From: Octopus bimaculoides
Lineage: Eukaryota
Assembly (NCBI RefSeq): GCF_001194135.2
Contig: NC_068983.1
Span: 145,532,452 to 145,596,451 of the forward strand
Length of the DNA stretch: 64,000 bases
Direction of reading: 5' to 3'
Of the stretch, positions 35,331-48,911 are shown in pieces. The notes under the pieces are model-generated. The model had not been told where the DNA came from and did no database searches. It worked only from the letters and a program-made list of their open reading frames with translations. The number at the start of each line of letters is the position of its first letter. Position 1 is the first letter of the stretch. The position numbers were made by a program, and so were the translations under genes.

Positions 35331-38300
35331 CCGAAAGCTTGCTATAAACACTCTCTCGCCTTTGTAATAGACGTTTTCATGACTGTCAGTTCGGATTGGA
35401 TATGACGATTTAGCTGGCCGAAATTAATCTACTGTGTATATTTTCTCCTGTCTTGGCAGGGGAAAACTAATTATGAATGCTACAGAATTATTCCTTCGAT
35501 TATGTTAAAATTTTATAATTCATGCGGTTGCTTGATGGCATTGTATCATTGACGCGCAGCTTCGTGTGCATATAACCAACCTGCCATACAGCGTTCGTAA
35601 TTTAAATCTCTATTGAATCAGCATTATCTTTTAACTCCGATCATAGACTAGTTGACAATCCGATATACTATGGCTTTTTACACATGCATAGAGAGATTTT
35701 AACACATTTATAGCTTTCGAGTCGTGACCGCCCGCCATTCTTTTTAAAGAATCAGAATTTTTTTTTTTAATTAGTATCAACCAAAGTGTTTAGTTCATGA
35801 CCATCCTGTCTTTTTTAAAGAATTTTCAATCGTGTTATTATCTCTCCAAAGTATGCCTCTTACAAAATATTCAACAATCATACTACCAGAGAATGTAATT
35901 TTGTCACGGGTTGACATTCATCCTCACTAAAGATGGACAGAGAAGATCAACGGGATTGTAACAATCTTGACGCTAACCGTAAACTCAAACCTAACCCAAA
36001 ACACTAATCCTGATGCCAATACTTACCTTTAACCTTAATCCTAACTGAACCATTAAACATCATAAATTATATTAAATTTTATTGTGCTTCATTGCATGAG
36101 TGTTTTTGAAAAATTTCTGTTTTGGAGCGTGAAGTCTGGAATTGCTAAAGTACTTGTAGCATACTGAACCAGTTCAATTGATCATATCACTACAAAAACC
36201 AGTATTATATCTTGTCAACATGAAATCAATAATATCTTGCTCACACTGTCATAAATTCTACAGCTAAGCAAACTGCACTATTAAAAGTTATTCTATTATA
36301 TTATCATGGCGGCAAATAGGCCAAGTTCTTAAGAGTGTCAGATAAAATGATCTGCAGCATTCGTTCTGGCTCCCTGCACTCTGACTTCAAATACTGCCGA
36401 GTTCAACTTTGCCTTTTATCCTTTCAGAATCAATAAATAAGGGATATTCGTTTGTTTTATGGATAGCAAGTGTTAAAATTTTGCCATCTGATTTCCTGAC
36501 ACATGACGTCATTCTCGGCCGTTTACGGAAATTTTTTTTATTATTCAATTTTCATATATTTGTTTGTTCGGTAATGTCCTTCAAGTGCTGGAGATAGCCG
36601 AATACTCACTCACACATACAATCTTCGTATTTTTTCTTACGATTTATTTCTATTTCAATAAACTGCTAAGAATGACGTAGTATATTGGGAAATCAGTTGG
36701 CACAAACTTTACCTTTGCCATACTTAAAACGAAAGCATGCATAGATAGACACCTATACAAGTGTGTTCCCCATCGCTGACTTTGTTTCCTCATAATTTTC
36801 AGAAAATGGATATTTTTTAACGAAATTTTCTACAAATACGTTTCAGATCGTATAGATTCTGATTATTACAGAATTTGTTGTGAAACATTTTTCATGGGAA
36901 GAGGGGAGAGGAGTTTCAGATAATTCACGTGAGTCGGTTTTGTGTTCTCATAAGTGTCAGGAAAATAAGGTTGTTCTCCCCTCCCCCTCCCCGAAATTCT
37001 CTACACATTCAGATATCTTTCAGATGATGTAGATTACGATTATATCGGAATTTGACATGGAAAAAATGTAGACTCGCATATATGCATACTGACATACATC
37101 ACACGTATCTACAAAATGAAACTGGAAATTTTGAAATTTGTATTTATGTGTTCGTGACCATTAATTTTTTTTTTTCACATGGTGGTGACGACGACTTTAA
37201 TATTGTTGAATTATGCTAAAAATACCGACATAAAAAATAGCATACAGAACATCAATGATTAAGATGCCAATATATTAGTTCAATGTGGCTGCAATTATTT
37301 TATTGTAAAATTGCCCAGTTTAACACCCACCACCATCACACCTATATATTGTGTGCCTTTATAGGCGTAACAAGCCACCCAGTTTCAATTTATTGATATT
37401 TATCCCATGTTAGTAACCTTTAATTCTAGTTCCTGAAACCTAACCACCACAGGCTGAAATAAATTAAATTATAGAATACTTAATATAAGAGATGATTACT
37501 AATTTTTACATTAAAGTAATGAAAGGAAAAGAGGCTGTTTGAAACTGGTGAAATTATTGCACTTGATGTTCTTTTTAAAAGCCAACAGGAAGTACGAGGG
37601 TATGGAGGGAGTTCAGGAGATTACCCAAACTGTTGAAAGCCATGACTGGAAAATGAAACACAGTACAGATATTTGAAGAGAAGTGATACGTTGTAAACAA
37701 GTAGGCCTGGATGGATTAACGTATACAGATAGACAGATCACAGAGAAAATAAAGTGCCTGTCTTTGAGCTTGGGGTTGAAGCCTATCTATTTATTGAATT
37801 GTTACCATTCTGGGCATGGTCTGTAAGTAGCATCATCTGAGAAGTGCTTCAATATTGGATAGGCTGTATTGAAGTGGGGAAGGTTGGAGAAGGGGTTAGC
37901 AAATGGTTAGGGATAAAGTATTGAAGTATTCCAGTGTTCCCTTTATAGAAGACTCATGGTCTTTATAATTGACTTCATTAGCCAAGTACAATGGTTTATT
38001 GCATGATATGGCCATGAGTTTCAGATCAATGTCAATGTTCACTAGATTTAGATTAAAAGTGAATCATTCTCAATGGAAACTCCTTTCTATGAAGATTGCC
38101 AGAGTCATAGGAAAAAACAATTTTAGGATTGAATGTAATGAATGCAGCAAATAGATCCAGTAGTTAGAAAATTGAATAGTAAGACATATTGAAAAGAACA
38201 GCATGTTATTATGACTGTGAAGGTAAAGAGGAAGGCTCTGGGACAGAAAGGACTCCATACCTATTAGATATTTGTCAAGGATGGTAACTACTTTTGTATC

Positions 38301-38353
38301 AACCATCTCCCCTCCCATCCTGTTATTTTACTTCTAGAAAAAGATAAATTTAA

Positions 38354-38563
38354 CCCTCTCATTACCAAGCCAGCTGAAACCGGCTCTGGCTCTGTAGTTC
38401 AAATGTCATGTTTTCATAAGTTTTGAATTAAAATCTTTCACCAAACCTTAGTCACAATTAATGTTCCTAATGATAACTAAGTTATTTTACTAAATTCTTT
38501 GTTATATTCTAAATAATTGAGAGAAAAACAGAGCATCTCAAAATAAATACAATAACGAAAGGG
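38354..38563. mobile_element. piggyBac-type MITE
   Basis: TTAA|CCCTCTCATTAC ... AATAACGAAAGGG|TTAA; TTAA on both sides, CCC/GGG termini. Confidence 0.75.
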
Positions 38564-38889
38564 TTAAGGAACACAAAATCATCATCATCATCATCCCCAC
38601 TTGGTTGAGCTTGTTGAGGGAGGTTTTCAGGGAAGCATCCAATATCTCTGGTGAGTGGATCTAAACACATTGAACTTTAAGTGATGATCATGCTGATAAT
38701 GATATATATTATGGGCTTCTTCTAGTTTCTGTCAACCAAACCCATTCACAAGGCTTTGGTCATAACAGAAGACACTTGTCCAAGGTGCCACACAGTTTAG
38801 AAACCTACTTCCTTCATGGCTATAAAAGAAGCTTCTTAACCTCACAGCCATATTTTAATATCTTCAAACAATATTGAATCTGTCTTCTA

Positions 38890-39480
38890 GCCTGTGTTGT
38901 CTGCACAAGAATTTTTTTTCTTAATTCATATTCTGGCCCAAACATTGTTCAAATTATTACTCAACAAGATTCTTTAACAGTGGTTTCTGCAATGGTATGT
39001 GGTTCCTTGTTTTTGGCTATTATCTGAACAACCAAGTAACTTGCCTCTTCAGCATTATCTGATATTTCCATTTTCTTGGCAAATAATGCATCTTGCTTCT
39101 ATTTTGATTTTAAAAGCTTCTTAAAGTTTTTTTCTTTTTCTTTTTTTACTTTCCCAATGAAAAATTATGCTTGACAGGTGATTCATTATATTCAGACTAC
39201 ATTTTTATTTACAAGGCCATTGCTACAAACCTAACACTTAGGACAAGGATTTCTTTTGTCACCAGAAAATGTAAAACTCAGTTTCTAACGACCTTCTTTG
39301 AATAAGCATGGCTTATAATTTTATGTATGCATTTCTTATCTACCGATGTGGAACCTTCAACACTGGGTTTTGGACTGATTTCATCTTTCGTTACTACAGA
39401 ACATAGATTTTTCACAATTATTTTCAGAAGCTTTTCTTTTCTTCTCTACAAACTTATCCATCTTACCCAGGCGCTATATT
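38890..39480 (-). pseudogene. hAT (Charlie/Buster-type) transposase N-terminal remnant
   Basis: Fragments MDKFVEKKRK, FTFSGDKRNPCPKC*VC (BED finger-like) and ASYLVVQIIAKNKEPHTIAE, with stops and frameshifts. Confidence 0.7.
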
Positions 39481-39759
39481 TCAATGCTCAGACCATAATT
39501 CAAAAGCAAGAAATGAGAGAGGACTTCCTAAAATAAAGCAAATTTATGGTTAGTCAAGAAAATGGTCTCTACATACAACAGAGTTTCACACCCAAAACTA
39601 CTACTACTACTACTGCAACTACTGCTGCTGCTGCTACTACTACCACTGCTGCTGCTACTACTTCTTCAATCTCACTAAAACTGACCCAGTCACTCCTCCA
39701 CAAATTTAATCTAACTTATTTAACTGATACCTACATAACTCAGCTCCCTTCATATAAAG

Positions 39760-40068
39760 CAGTGGTCCTCAACTGGGGTCCGTATAGCCTTTGGGGATCA
39801 ATATAAGATTTCGTTGTTAAAGTTTATGCTCAGTAAATTGGTTACACATCAGCAATTCACAAAATATTTTAGCAATTTTTTTCTATACAACTCTTAATAA
39901 TATTTAGTAATAAAAATCTAATAAGATTTTTTTTTTTTACATGGTGGTGCTCCAGCATGGCCACAGTCAAATGACTGAAACAAGTAAAAGAGTAAATGGG
40001 GGGGGGGGCAAAAGAGTAAAATAGGAATCAAAGGGGTCCATAGGCAAGAAATGGTTGAAAAACCACTG
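39760..40068. mobile_element. hAT MITE with a perfect 8-bp TSD
   Basis: TIRs CAGTGGTCCTCAAC / GTTGAAAAACCACTG; TSD ATATAAAG at 39752-39759 and 40069-40076. Contains a SINE C tail fragment. Confidence 0.9.
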
Positions 40069-40229
40069 ATATAAAGTATCAGGTTGTCTCACATGTATCT
40101 TAAATGGGTCTCTTATGAGTCAACTATAAATGGATTTTTAATGAGTTTCTATGTATATGCTTGTGTTTACTCTTAACTCATTTTCTTTCTAGACAATACT
40201 ATTATTCAAAATTACTACCCACAGCTCTT

Positions 40230-40690
40230 ATGACAATGTTGACAACTGAACAATACCGAGTGGTTTTCTTGTATGAATACAAGTTGGATCACTCTGCCAC
40301 CAAAGCTCTACGAAACATCAAGCGGGCTTTTGGTAATGATTCTGTTGACATTAGAACTGTTCAGAGATGGTTCCAAAGATTTCGTTCAGGAAATTAAAAT
40401 AAAAATGAACCAAGAGGGAGACCAAAATCAGTTATTCGGCATGATGAATTGAATGCTTTGGTTAAGTGAAATCCGAGAACAACAGTTTGAAAAATCGGAT
40501 CAGAGCTCCAGACATCTCCTGCAACTGCTTCTTGACACTTGAAGAAAATTGGAAAAGTCAAAAAGATGGGTAGGTTTGTTCCTTATCAACATAATGAGAT
40601 TCAAAGAAGCAGATGCCTTACAGTGTGTTCCATGTTGATTTCTCGGTTGGAAAGAGAACCATTTTTGTATCAACTCATTGAATCTCATTA
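40230..40690 (+). pseudogene. Mariner transposase 5' remnant
   Basis: RVVFLYEYKLDHSATKALRNIKRAFG...RTVQRWFQRFRSG, EPRGRP, LKKIGKVKKMGRFVP (WVPH-like), with in-frame stops. Confidence 0.85.
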
Positions 40691-40728
40691 TGTTGATAAG
40701 GAACAAACCTACCGTCGTAGAAAGTTAA

Positions 40729-41016
40729 AGAAGTGATTTTAAATTCTCAAACGCAAAATAATGCTAATAATATAGCCTGAACAGGATTAACGATCCCTAT
40801 TTTGCAGAAAAAAGTGTGGGCAGCCAGCCATGAGACACGAACTTACACCTCCGTGATTACATGTCGCGGTGCTCTCAATCATTTGAGTTAAACTGCCCAG
40901 CCACAAGTTTTTCTGCAAGGCTAACCGCCCACACTTTTTTCTGCAAAATAGTAGTTTATCCTGTTCAGGCTACATTATTAGCATTATCCTGCATTTGAGA
41001 ATTTAAAATCACTTCT
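40729..41016. mobile_element. Long-TIR MITE (Kolobok-like TTAA|AG...CT|TTGA)
   Basis: ~90 bp imperfect TIRs (AGAAGTGATTTTAAATTCTCAAA...TATTTTGCAGAAAAAAGTGTGGG and its reverse complement). Confidence 0.7.
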
Positions 41017-41178
41017 TTGATTATTACATATTTAAACACTTCAGCCTTGTTATACACAATAAAACATTCTTAAATAAAGAAGAGGTAATTGAAGCATTTG
41101 AACACTTTATCAGTGTAAAAGATGACAAATCCTTAGAGGAATGTTGGATGCAGGTCATAAATGAACAAGGATCATATA

Positions 41179-41609
41179 CTCTTTTACTCTTTTACTTGTT
41201 TCAGTCTTTTGACTGTGGCCATGCTGGAGCACCGCCTTTTAGTCGAGCAAATCGACCCCAGGACTTATTCTTTAGAAGCCTAGTACTTATTCTATCGATC
41301 TCTTTTGCCGAACCGCTAAGTTACGGGGACATAAACACACCAGCATCGGTTGTCAAGCGATGTTGGGGGAACAAACACACACATACAAACATACACACAC
41401 ATACAAACATACACACACACATATATATATATATATACATATATACGACGGGCTTCTTTTAGTTTCCGTCTACCAAATCCACTCACAAGGCTTTGGTCGG
41501 CCCAAGGCTATAGTAGAAGACACTTGCCCAAGATGCCACGCAGTGGGACTGAACCCGGGACCATGTGGTTGGTAAGCTAGCTACTTACCACACAGCCACT
41601 CCTACGCCT
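41179..41609 (-). mobile_element. Full-length tRNA-derived SINE family C with an internal microsatellite
   Basis: Head GGCTGTGTGGTAAG...GGGTTCAGTCCCACTGCG, internal (TA)/(TG) tract, tail GACTGAAACAAGTAAAAGAGTAAAAGAG. Another copy at 59905-60275. Confidence 0.85.
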
Positions 41610-42199
41610 TGATTAAATAAATAAATATTCTAAAACTTAAAAAACAATTTTAATGTTTCCTTTTTCAAATGCGACATTTCATGTGAGACAACCAAATATC
41701 TGATCATAAATTTGCTGTGTTTTCTGTAACAGACTTTTTAAAGTGGAAACATACAGTCAAGAAAAAAAATATTTAAGTCTATTTGTGAATATTTAACAGT
41801 GTCTAAACGATAATCGGCAAAAACTCGGCGAACACAAACTCACATGACTTCTGACAAGAAGGCAACAATGTATCAATGAAAATACAAACAACTTGTAAAA
41901 TGTTAATTTTATCATAATAATTTTTGTGCAAAGAGTAAGAAAAAATATTGTAGAAAATTCTGATAAGAACATTCTGTGAGTAAACTATACAGAACTGGAG
42001 ATAGGTCTTAGAAATTTGTTACTAAAGCTTACATTTGTCCTCTTTTTTTTGCCACTCTTTTCTTACTTGCAGTTTTAACACCCCCATTTTGTCATCTATT
42101 GATGTCCATCACAAAGGCATTTTTATGACAACAAATTAATAATGAAATTTAATTTATTATATTTTAGAAATCTTTTAACACACCTTAAAATAATGAATA

Positions 42200-42590
42200 A
42201 TAATAATAATAACGATTTACAAAGAGATTAAGTCAACAATATGCTTCCCAATAGTGGGGAGTTCCACCATAAGATGACGAAAGAGACCTCCCGCACTTTG
42301 AACTCCTTAACACCAATGGTTCCTCAGGAAGGCACCCTCTCTTTTCCCTTCCATCCGGCCTACAGGCACACACTTAGAGTAGGCCCATTCACGCGGGAAA
42401 TTCTTGCCACATTCACCCACCTTTCAACGCACTTTCCTTTTCAGGTGAAACTTGAAAATGTCAATAAGGCCTTGACCAAAGGGGAAGGTACCCATCTTCA
42501 ACCCTTTCAATCACTTCCACCACACAACCTCTTTTGCCATAGCCACCAGACAGAAAAATTGCCCTCTGTTCTTGGTTAAAGAAAGGAGGT
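42200..42590 (-). mobile_element. 3' end of a Tx1/L1-group LINE (degenerate)
   Basis: ORF2-terminus-like IDIFKFHLKRKV / RWVNVARISRVNGPTLSVCL* followed by a UTR and a (TTA)n tail. Confidence 0.5.
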
Positions 42591-43273
42591 GGAGCAATCT
42601 TCACAATGGACTCAGATGATAGCCAAATCAATAATAATCCTTTCTACTATAGGCACAAGGCCTGAAATTTGGGAGGAGGGGGCTAGTCGATTAGATCGAC
42701 CCCAGTACACAACTGGTACTTAATTTATCAACTCCAAAAGGATTATAGGCAAACACAGTACCAGGCAATGGCTCTCATGGCTTCTGATCTTAACTAATTG
42801 GAAGTGTACATGTTTTGTTTTGGTGTAAAGATGGGTTACAGCAAATATTCTGCCCAATACCACAGATCTGCTTGTCAGTTGCATGACCTTAACCAGTTGA
42901 GCATGTCCCTTGGTGGCTGTCGATATGTGCTTCTCTGATCATGAGCAGAAGTAGGGGGGAGCATCATAGCTATGTGTTGAGAGGAATCCTTTGGGTTTGA
43001 ATAATTCACCTCTGGAAACATGGGTGTTTTGTTCATCATCCTTAAACAAACCTTTTGAGTAGGATGAGCTACTCAACCTGAAGAAAATTCTAACTGGGCC
43101 CCACCTGCAAGGTCATGCACAGTTTTTCTTGATATAAGATCAACATGTCGTGCACATATGGTTGTAATGCATATGCCTGGTGTACTATTATCAGTCTGGT
43201 AATCTTGATGGGTATGAGAGTCATATATTTGTACCCCAGTGTCACTTTAATGGCATGTGCTACTGTCTCACTC

Positions 43274-43305
<32 letters not shown>

Positions 43306-43640
43306 TAATAATCATCATCATCATTGTTTAACGTCCACCTTCCATGCTAGCATGAGTTGGACAATTTGACTGAGGACTACTATGTCGGGGTTTCCCTTGA
43401 TGGCTACTGTATACATACACTTGTGTCACAAACACATACATATGTATGTATGTATGCATGTATGTGTGGTGCTATTTTGCAAATTATGTATTTAAAATGG
43501 CCGACAATAAAATAAAACTGAAAACGATTTTTCTCCAATAAAATAACTTTAGATGAGTATAAAATAATGATTTATTGAGTTTAGATACTTGGATTTTCGC
43601 CAAAATCCTAATGATCCAAATGATTTATTTATATTTCATT

Positions 43641-43886
43641 TTATTTTTTAGTAAAATCCAGAAATCGAAAGAAAATCATTTTTTTTTTGCCATGATTGAC
43701 AAAACCCATCGCCTGATTACAACACATCGCTGAATCGCAATTTAATCCGATGAATGCAAGTAACTCAATTGTACAATCAATATCATGAGTTATCTGGTGA
43801 ACATCTCGTAGAAAATAATTGGTTTGAGTCAGATCTTCCTTATTAACAATCTCTGCTACGATACTTACACTTCCGAAATTACACAA
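43641..43886 (-). pseudogene. Possible Merlin/IS1595-like transposase N-terminal remnant
   Basis: LRDVHQITHDIDCTIELLAFIGL..SAMCCNQAM resembles the Merlin I.FL...GL....C..C...M zinc-ribbon start. No catalytic domain seen. Confidence 0.4.
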
Positions 43887-45159
43887 TCAGCCATTTCTTC
43901 ATTACGTAAACAATTCAGGAAAAAAAATATTAATAATTAAGTTCTATTTTTATTGACGATGTAAATTTTCTAATATATTTGTTCTTTATTTCTAACCTTT
44001 TAACAAAAGGAAATAAAACGGAATAAAGACGAATTTGGGACAAAGCTTTCTAGTCAACATCACCAGATAGATGGGATCTCTTCAGTTTCAATCACAGATT
44101 TAAAAAAAAATTTTCCCCCTGAATGTACGTCCATTGCCACGTAAAGTAAAAATTTGCGATTTTTTTTCAGATGACAGCTCAATAAATTTATACAATATGG
44201 ATATATCTTGTAGTGTCAGAAATGTCAAGTGGAAAGTAAAATTATGAAATAAAAGTTTGTCAGTCATATATCATAGTATAAAATAAATTTACTTTATTAT
44301 GCAAATAACTTGTAGATGATATGCTTTCATCTTTACATCAAAGCATTGTAGGTAAAGTACTAAATTTCATATTTGTATTTAGATTTTTAACTAGGACTTA
44401 AGGTCAACTCTGCCCAACTCACTCAGGAAATACAACCATGGAAAATCCAAGGAGTTACCTTCTTTACTAACAAAATCCAAGAAGTTACCATCTTTACTAA
44501 CAAAAGTTGATCTCAGTCAAGTTGCTTCATCTATATCCTAGGAACTCTTTCATAATTTAATAATACCTTATAGTTTCTGATAATTTTCATCATGTGTCTT
44601 GTACATCAAGAAAGAACTTAGCTCACTAATGGCTAATAAAGAATCTCCTTTGAAGCAATACATTGCCAAGACTTCACTCATCAGTAATGTCTCAGTGATC
44701 AGATACATGTTTTCATACCTAAGAGATTCTGAGTAATGGCCATGCTAGTCATTAAATGTCCAGGATGTTGGTAGAGTCTTTAAAGCATCAGATTGAATAG
44801 TTTCCAGTATTTGTTTGTGTTGTCTGAGCTCTGAGCTCAAATCCTATCAAGGTCAACCTTGTCTTTCTTCTTTGGCATGTGTCAGAGAGGGTATAAATAA
44901 TGCATCAATCCTGTACTGGAATCCATTTTCTTATGGCTATCTCATTTTTTCTCTTCTTTGGAAGAAACCAATGGTATTCAAACCAGGAGAGAAATGGGCT
45001 CTGCCATTCCTCTGCATCCCTAGAATATTTCAAGTTGTCTTATTACTCCTTGTCATGGATCTATGACACCAAGATAAGAAAGTGAGGCTAGTTGTCTGAT
45101 GCAATCCTACCTTATTATAATCCAAGTGCAAGTTAGAACTTAAATTTCTTGGAACAGAT

Positions 45160-45790
45160 CTTTTCTGTTTGGCTGCAATTGAATAAATTTTAAAGTTTAG
45201 TGAAAATTTTTAAATTTGGTGTATTGATATAATTTTCTACACTGAATCTCAGGAGATAATTCACTTATTTCAGAAAATTTTTTTAAAAGAGTTACAGATG
45301 TTTAAAGTTTGATAATTTTTACCCAGTCAGAAAACAGGATTTGGATGCTGTCATTTTGTATGTGACTGCACATGTTGTCAACTGCAAACAAATGAAATAT
45401 TGGCAAAATTCTGCTTTACACATGCCATATAATCTCTCATAACTTTTTTATTTTTTGGAATTTTCAGAAAAGTTTTGTAAATCTGTATTCTGCACACAGG
45501 AATTCATATGATTATGCAAAAAAACCAAATAAAAAATATTTGGTGCATGATTTAAGGCTTTATTTAGCTATTATTTTTAGCACATTTCTTGACCACTTCA
45601 TAACTCATGTTTTGACCATTTAATAAGTGAAAAATGACCACATGGGTAAGCAGCTTGGTAACAACTTGGCTTGTTATTATGGAAACAGGCACCTATATGT
45701 TTGTGGCTTTTGATTGGCTAAAATTACCCAAAATTTGCAAACTTTAAAAGCTATTAACTCTTTATTTATTGATCTATGGTGTAAATGAAT
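45160..45790 (+). mobile_element. ~650 bp non-autonomous repeat, copy 3 (CpG-decayed)
   Basis: Homologous to 16115-16760 and 16975-17610, with CpG to TpG/CpA changes. Confidence 0.8.
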
Positions 45791-46189
45791 TTCATGTCAA
45801 TAATTACCACATAAAGAGTATCAACAACAGAAGATGTAGCTATATGGGTGATCAGAGAATTGCAACAGCTCCCATCTACATTACACCTTCCATGTTCTCT
45901 CACAAACAAGGAAATAATGGAAGTAGCTGTAAATCATTCCCAAGACATACTGAATTGACATAATGAAAGGTCCAATATCTGTTTGTGGTTCTGAGGGATC
46001 TCTTCTATTTGACTGTCACTTTCAATTTTTGTTCCAATTGATTTCATATTTGGTGTGTTGGTATAGTAAGAGCTTTAGTGTTTAAAAGGTGGTGTCTGCT
46101 CATCTTTGAAGATAAAAGATGAACAAGATTTGCTCTTTAACAGCATTATATCCTTCCACATTATCTCCTTACTAAGACACCAAATAATG

Positions 46190-46400
46190 GTTTCAAATTT
46201 TGGCACAAGGCCAGCAATTCAGGGGGTGGGGCAGGCTGATTATATTATCCCAGTGCTCAACTGGTACTTATTTTATTAACTCCAAAAGGCTGAAAGACAA
46301 AGTCGACCTCAACAGAATTTGAACTTTAAATGTAAAGATGGATGAAATGTCACTAATCATTTTGTCTTGTGTGCTAACGATTCTGCCAGCTCACTGCCAT
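46190..46400 (-). mobile_element. SINE family A copy, CpG-decayed
   Basis: Family A consensus with most CG dinucleotides mutated (e.g. GCACACAAGACAAAATG for GCACGCCGGGCGAAATG). Confidence 0.75.
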
Positions 46401-47589
46401 GTGACACCAAATATCAAGAATGGTGGAATTGCTCTAAATATTGTTCCAGAATTTGCAGAGATGGAATATTTCATTCATGCACTGATCAAAGGTAGACTCA
46501 ATTACAGCTGTGGATGAAAGTTATCAACTGGACAAAAGGAACAACCACTACAACAGGCTGCAGTCTGAGCTGTAGACTAATGAAAATTCATTATAGGTCT
46601 TTAATACCCAACAATATTCTTACTGCTCTCATTGAGAAGGACTCAAAATTCTGAACACGTTAGAAGATTATAGTTTGCTAAGATATGGTGGTTTCACAGA
46701 CATGATCAATATTTTTCATATTGTATTCAGTATACACTCAAAATTTGAGATTGGAGCACATTGTCACCAACACACTAGAGATTTTGCTGTATCTTGCACT
46801 CACAGCATTGATATTCTACAGACACTGTCTCTGGTGCAAAAGATGTAGTCTAAACTGCAAGACGATTTGTTCCAAGATCACTCAACATAATAAAGTTTCT
46901 GTCACACAAAACTTAGAATAAACATCGCAACTCCTTATGATTCTATATCTCTCTACTCCCACTCTAATACAAGTATTCTTGCATTCATTTTTTTTTCTTC
47001 TGAAATTTAAAAAGTAACATGGTCGCACATTTATGCATATATGTGTAGCTATATGAGTGTGTATGCATGCATTATATGTATATCTGCATATATTATATCC
47101 TATTATAAATTTGAGTGATGTTCCTCTGTCCATTACATTTTTATGTTCGTTAACTCCTCCCAGACCGTTGGTGCAAAGATAACAAAATTCAAACCGGCAA
47201 CTCTCCTAATCTCAGGGAATGTCCAAAGGGGGTCTATTTTTTTAAGGACCGCCTAATTGGTGCCCCACTGACCTCCATATTTTTACTGCATTTTTAATTA
47301 AATACATGGCATTGGTGACCAAATCGGAGCAGTGACAATGAATTTCATACCATGAACTCCCAGAGAGTATCATAAGAAGGTTCAATTTTTGAAGGGCTGC
47401 TTAAATGGGCCCCACTGACCCCATTTAGTTTTACTGCATTTATCCCGCTCCTACACTTATTGATTAAACTATGATCAGCATCAGTACTTAGCACATTTGC
47501 AGAAATAGCTTGGGCAATCTAAATACCTTCACGTACATTCAAATCGAGATAAAGAGTTATAACAGGTATGTTTCAAGTGTGATAGTCAT

Positions 47590-48345
47590 CATCATTATCA
47601 TCATCATCATCGCTTAATACCCACTTTCCATGGGTGGGACGGTTTGACTGAGGACTGGCAAGCCAGGAAGCTGCACCAGGCTCCAATCTGATCTGGCAAG
47701 GTTTCTACAGCTGGATGTTCTTCCTAACGCCAACAACTCTGAGAGTGTAGTGGGTGCTTTTTACGTGCCACTGGCACGGGGGGGGGGGGCAGTCAGGCGG
47801 TACTGGCATTGACCATACTTGAATGGTGCTTTTTACGAGCCACTGGCATGGGAGCCAGTCAGGCAGCACTGGCATCAACCACATTCAAATGGTGCTTTTT
47901 ACATGCCACCAGCACAGGAGCCAGTCAGGTGGCACTGGCAATGACCACGCTCAATTGGTGCTTTTTACGTGCGAATGGCACAGGAGCCAGTCTGATGGGA
48001 CTGGCAATGACCACACCTGAATGGTGCTTTTTATGTGCCAGTCAGGCAGTACTGGCATCAGCCATGACAATGATTTCACTTTACTCAACAGGTCTTCTCA
48101 AGCACAGATAATTTCCCAATGATTGAAGGGTACTCTTAAATGGGCTAGTTATGCAACACTGGCATAGGCCACAGCTATGGTCTCAATTGGCTTGCTGGAT
48201 CTTCTCAAGCACAGCATATCTCCAAAGGTCTCAGTTGCTTGCCATTGCCTCTGTGAGGCCCAACATTCAAAGGTTGTGCTTCACCACCTCATCCCAGGTC
48301 TTCCCGAGTCTACCTCTTCTACAGGTTCCCTCCACTGTTAGAGTG
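47590..48345 (-). mobile_element. RTE-tail-type repeat (family D, (GAT)n tail) with an internal ~63-bp tandem array
   Basis: (CAT)n end, GGTTTCTACAGCTGGATG core, about 4.5 units of ACTGGCA..GACCAC...AATGGTGCTTTTTAC at 47750-48065. Related copies at 21315-21460, 43310-43375, 49930-50140, 63743-64000. Confidence 0.7.
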
Positions 48346-48470
48346 TGACACTTTTTCGCACAACTGTCCTCATCCATATGCATAACATGCCCATACCAGC
48401 AAAGTCGACTCTCTTGCACACCACATCTGTGTGGATATTTATATTTTGCAGTTTATGAAACTTATGTCTA

Positions 48471-48515
<45 letters not shown>

Positions 48516-48853
48516 AATGNNNNNNNNNNNNNNNNNNNNNNNNNNNNNNNNNNNNNNNNNNNNNNNNNNNNNNNNNNNNNNNNNNNNNNNNNNNNNNNNN
48601 NNNNNNNNNNNNNNNNNNNNNNNNNNNNNNNNNNNNNNNNNNNNNNNNNNNNNNNNNNNNNNNNNNNNNNNNNNNNNNNNNNNNNNNNNNNNNNNNNNNN
48701 NNNNNNNNNNNNNNNNNNNNNNNNNNNNNNNNNNNNNNNNNNNNNNNNNNNNNNNNNNNNNNNNNNNNNNNNNNNNNNNNNNNNNNNNNNNNNNNNNNNN
48801 NNNNNNNNNNNNNNNNNNNNNNNNNNNNNNNNNNNNNNNNNNNNNNNNNNNNN

Positions 48854-48911
<58 letters not shown>

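Noticed and set aside
37600-38330. Possible Penelope-like relic (FLRLRR appears only after CpG back-correction)
   Set aside because: Too decayed to support from sequence alone.
47750-48065. Regularly spaced repeats as a CRISPR-like array
   Set aside because: Units are wholly repeated and diverged with no unique spacers; eukaryotic context with no cas genes.
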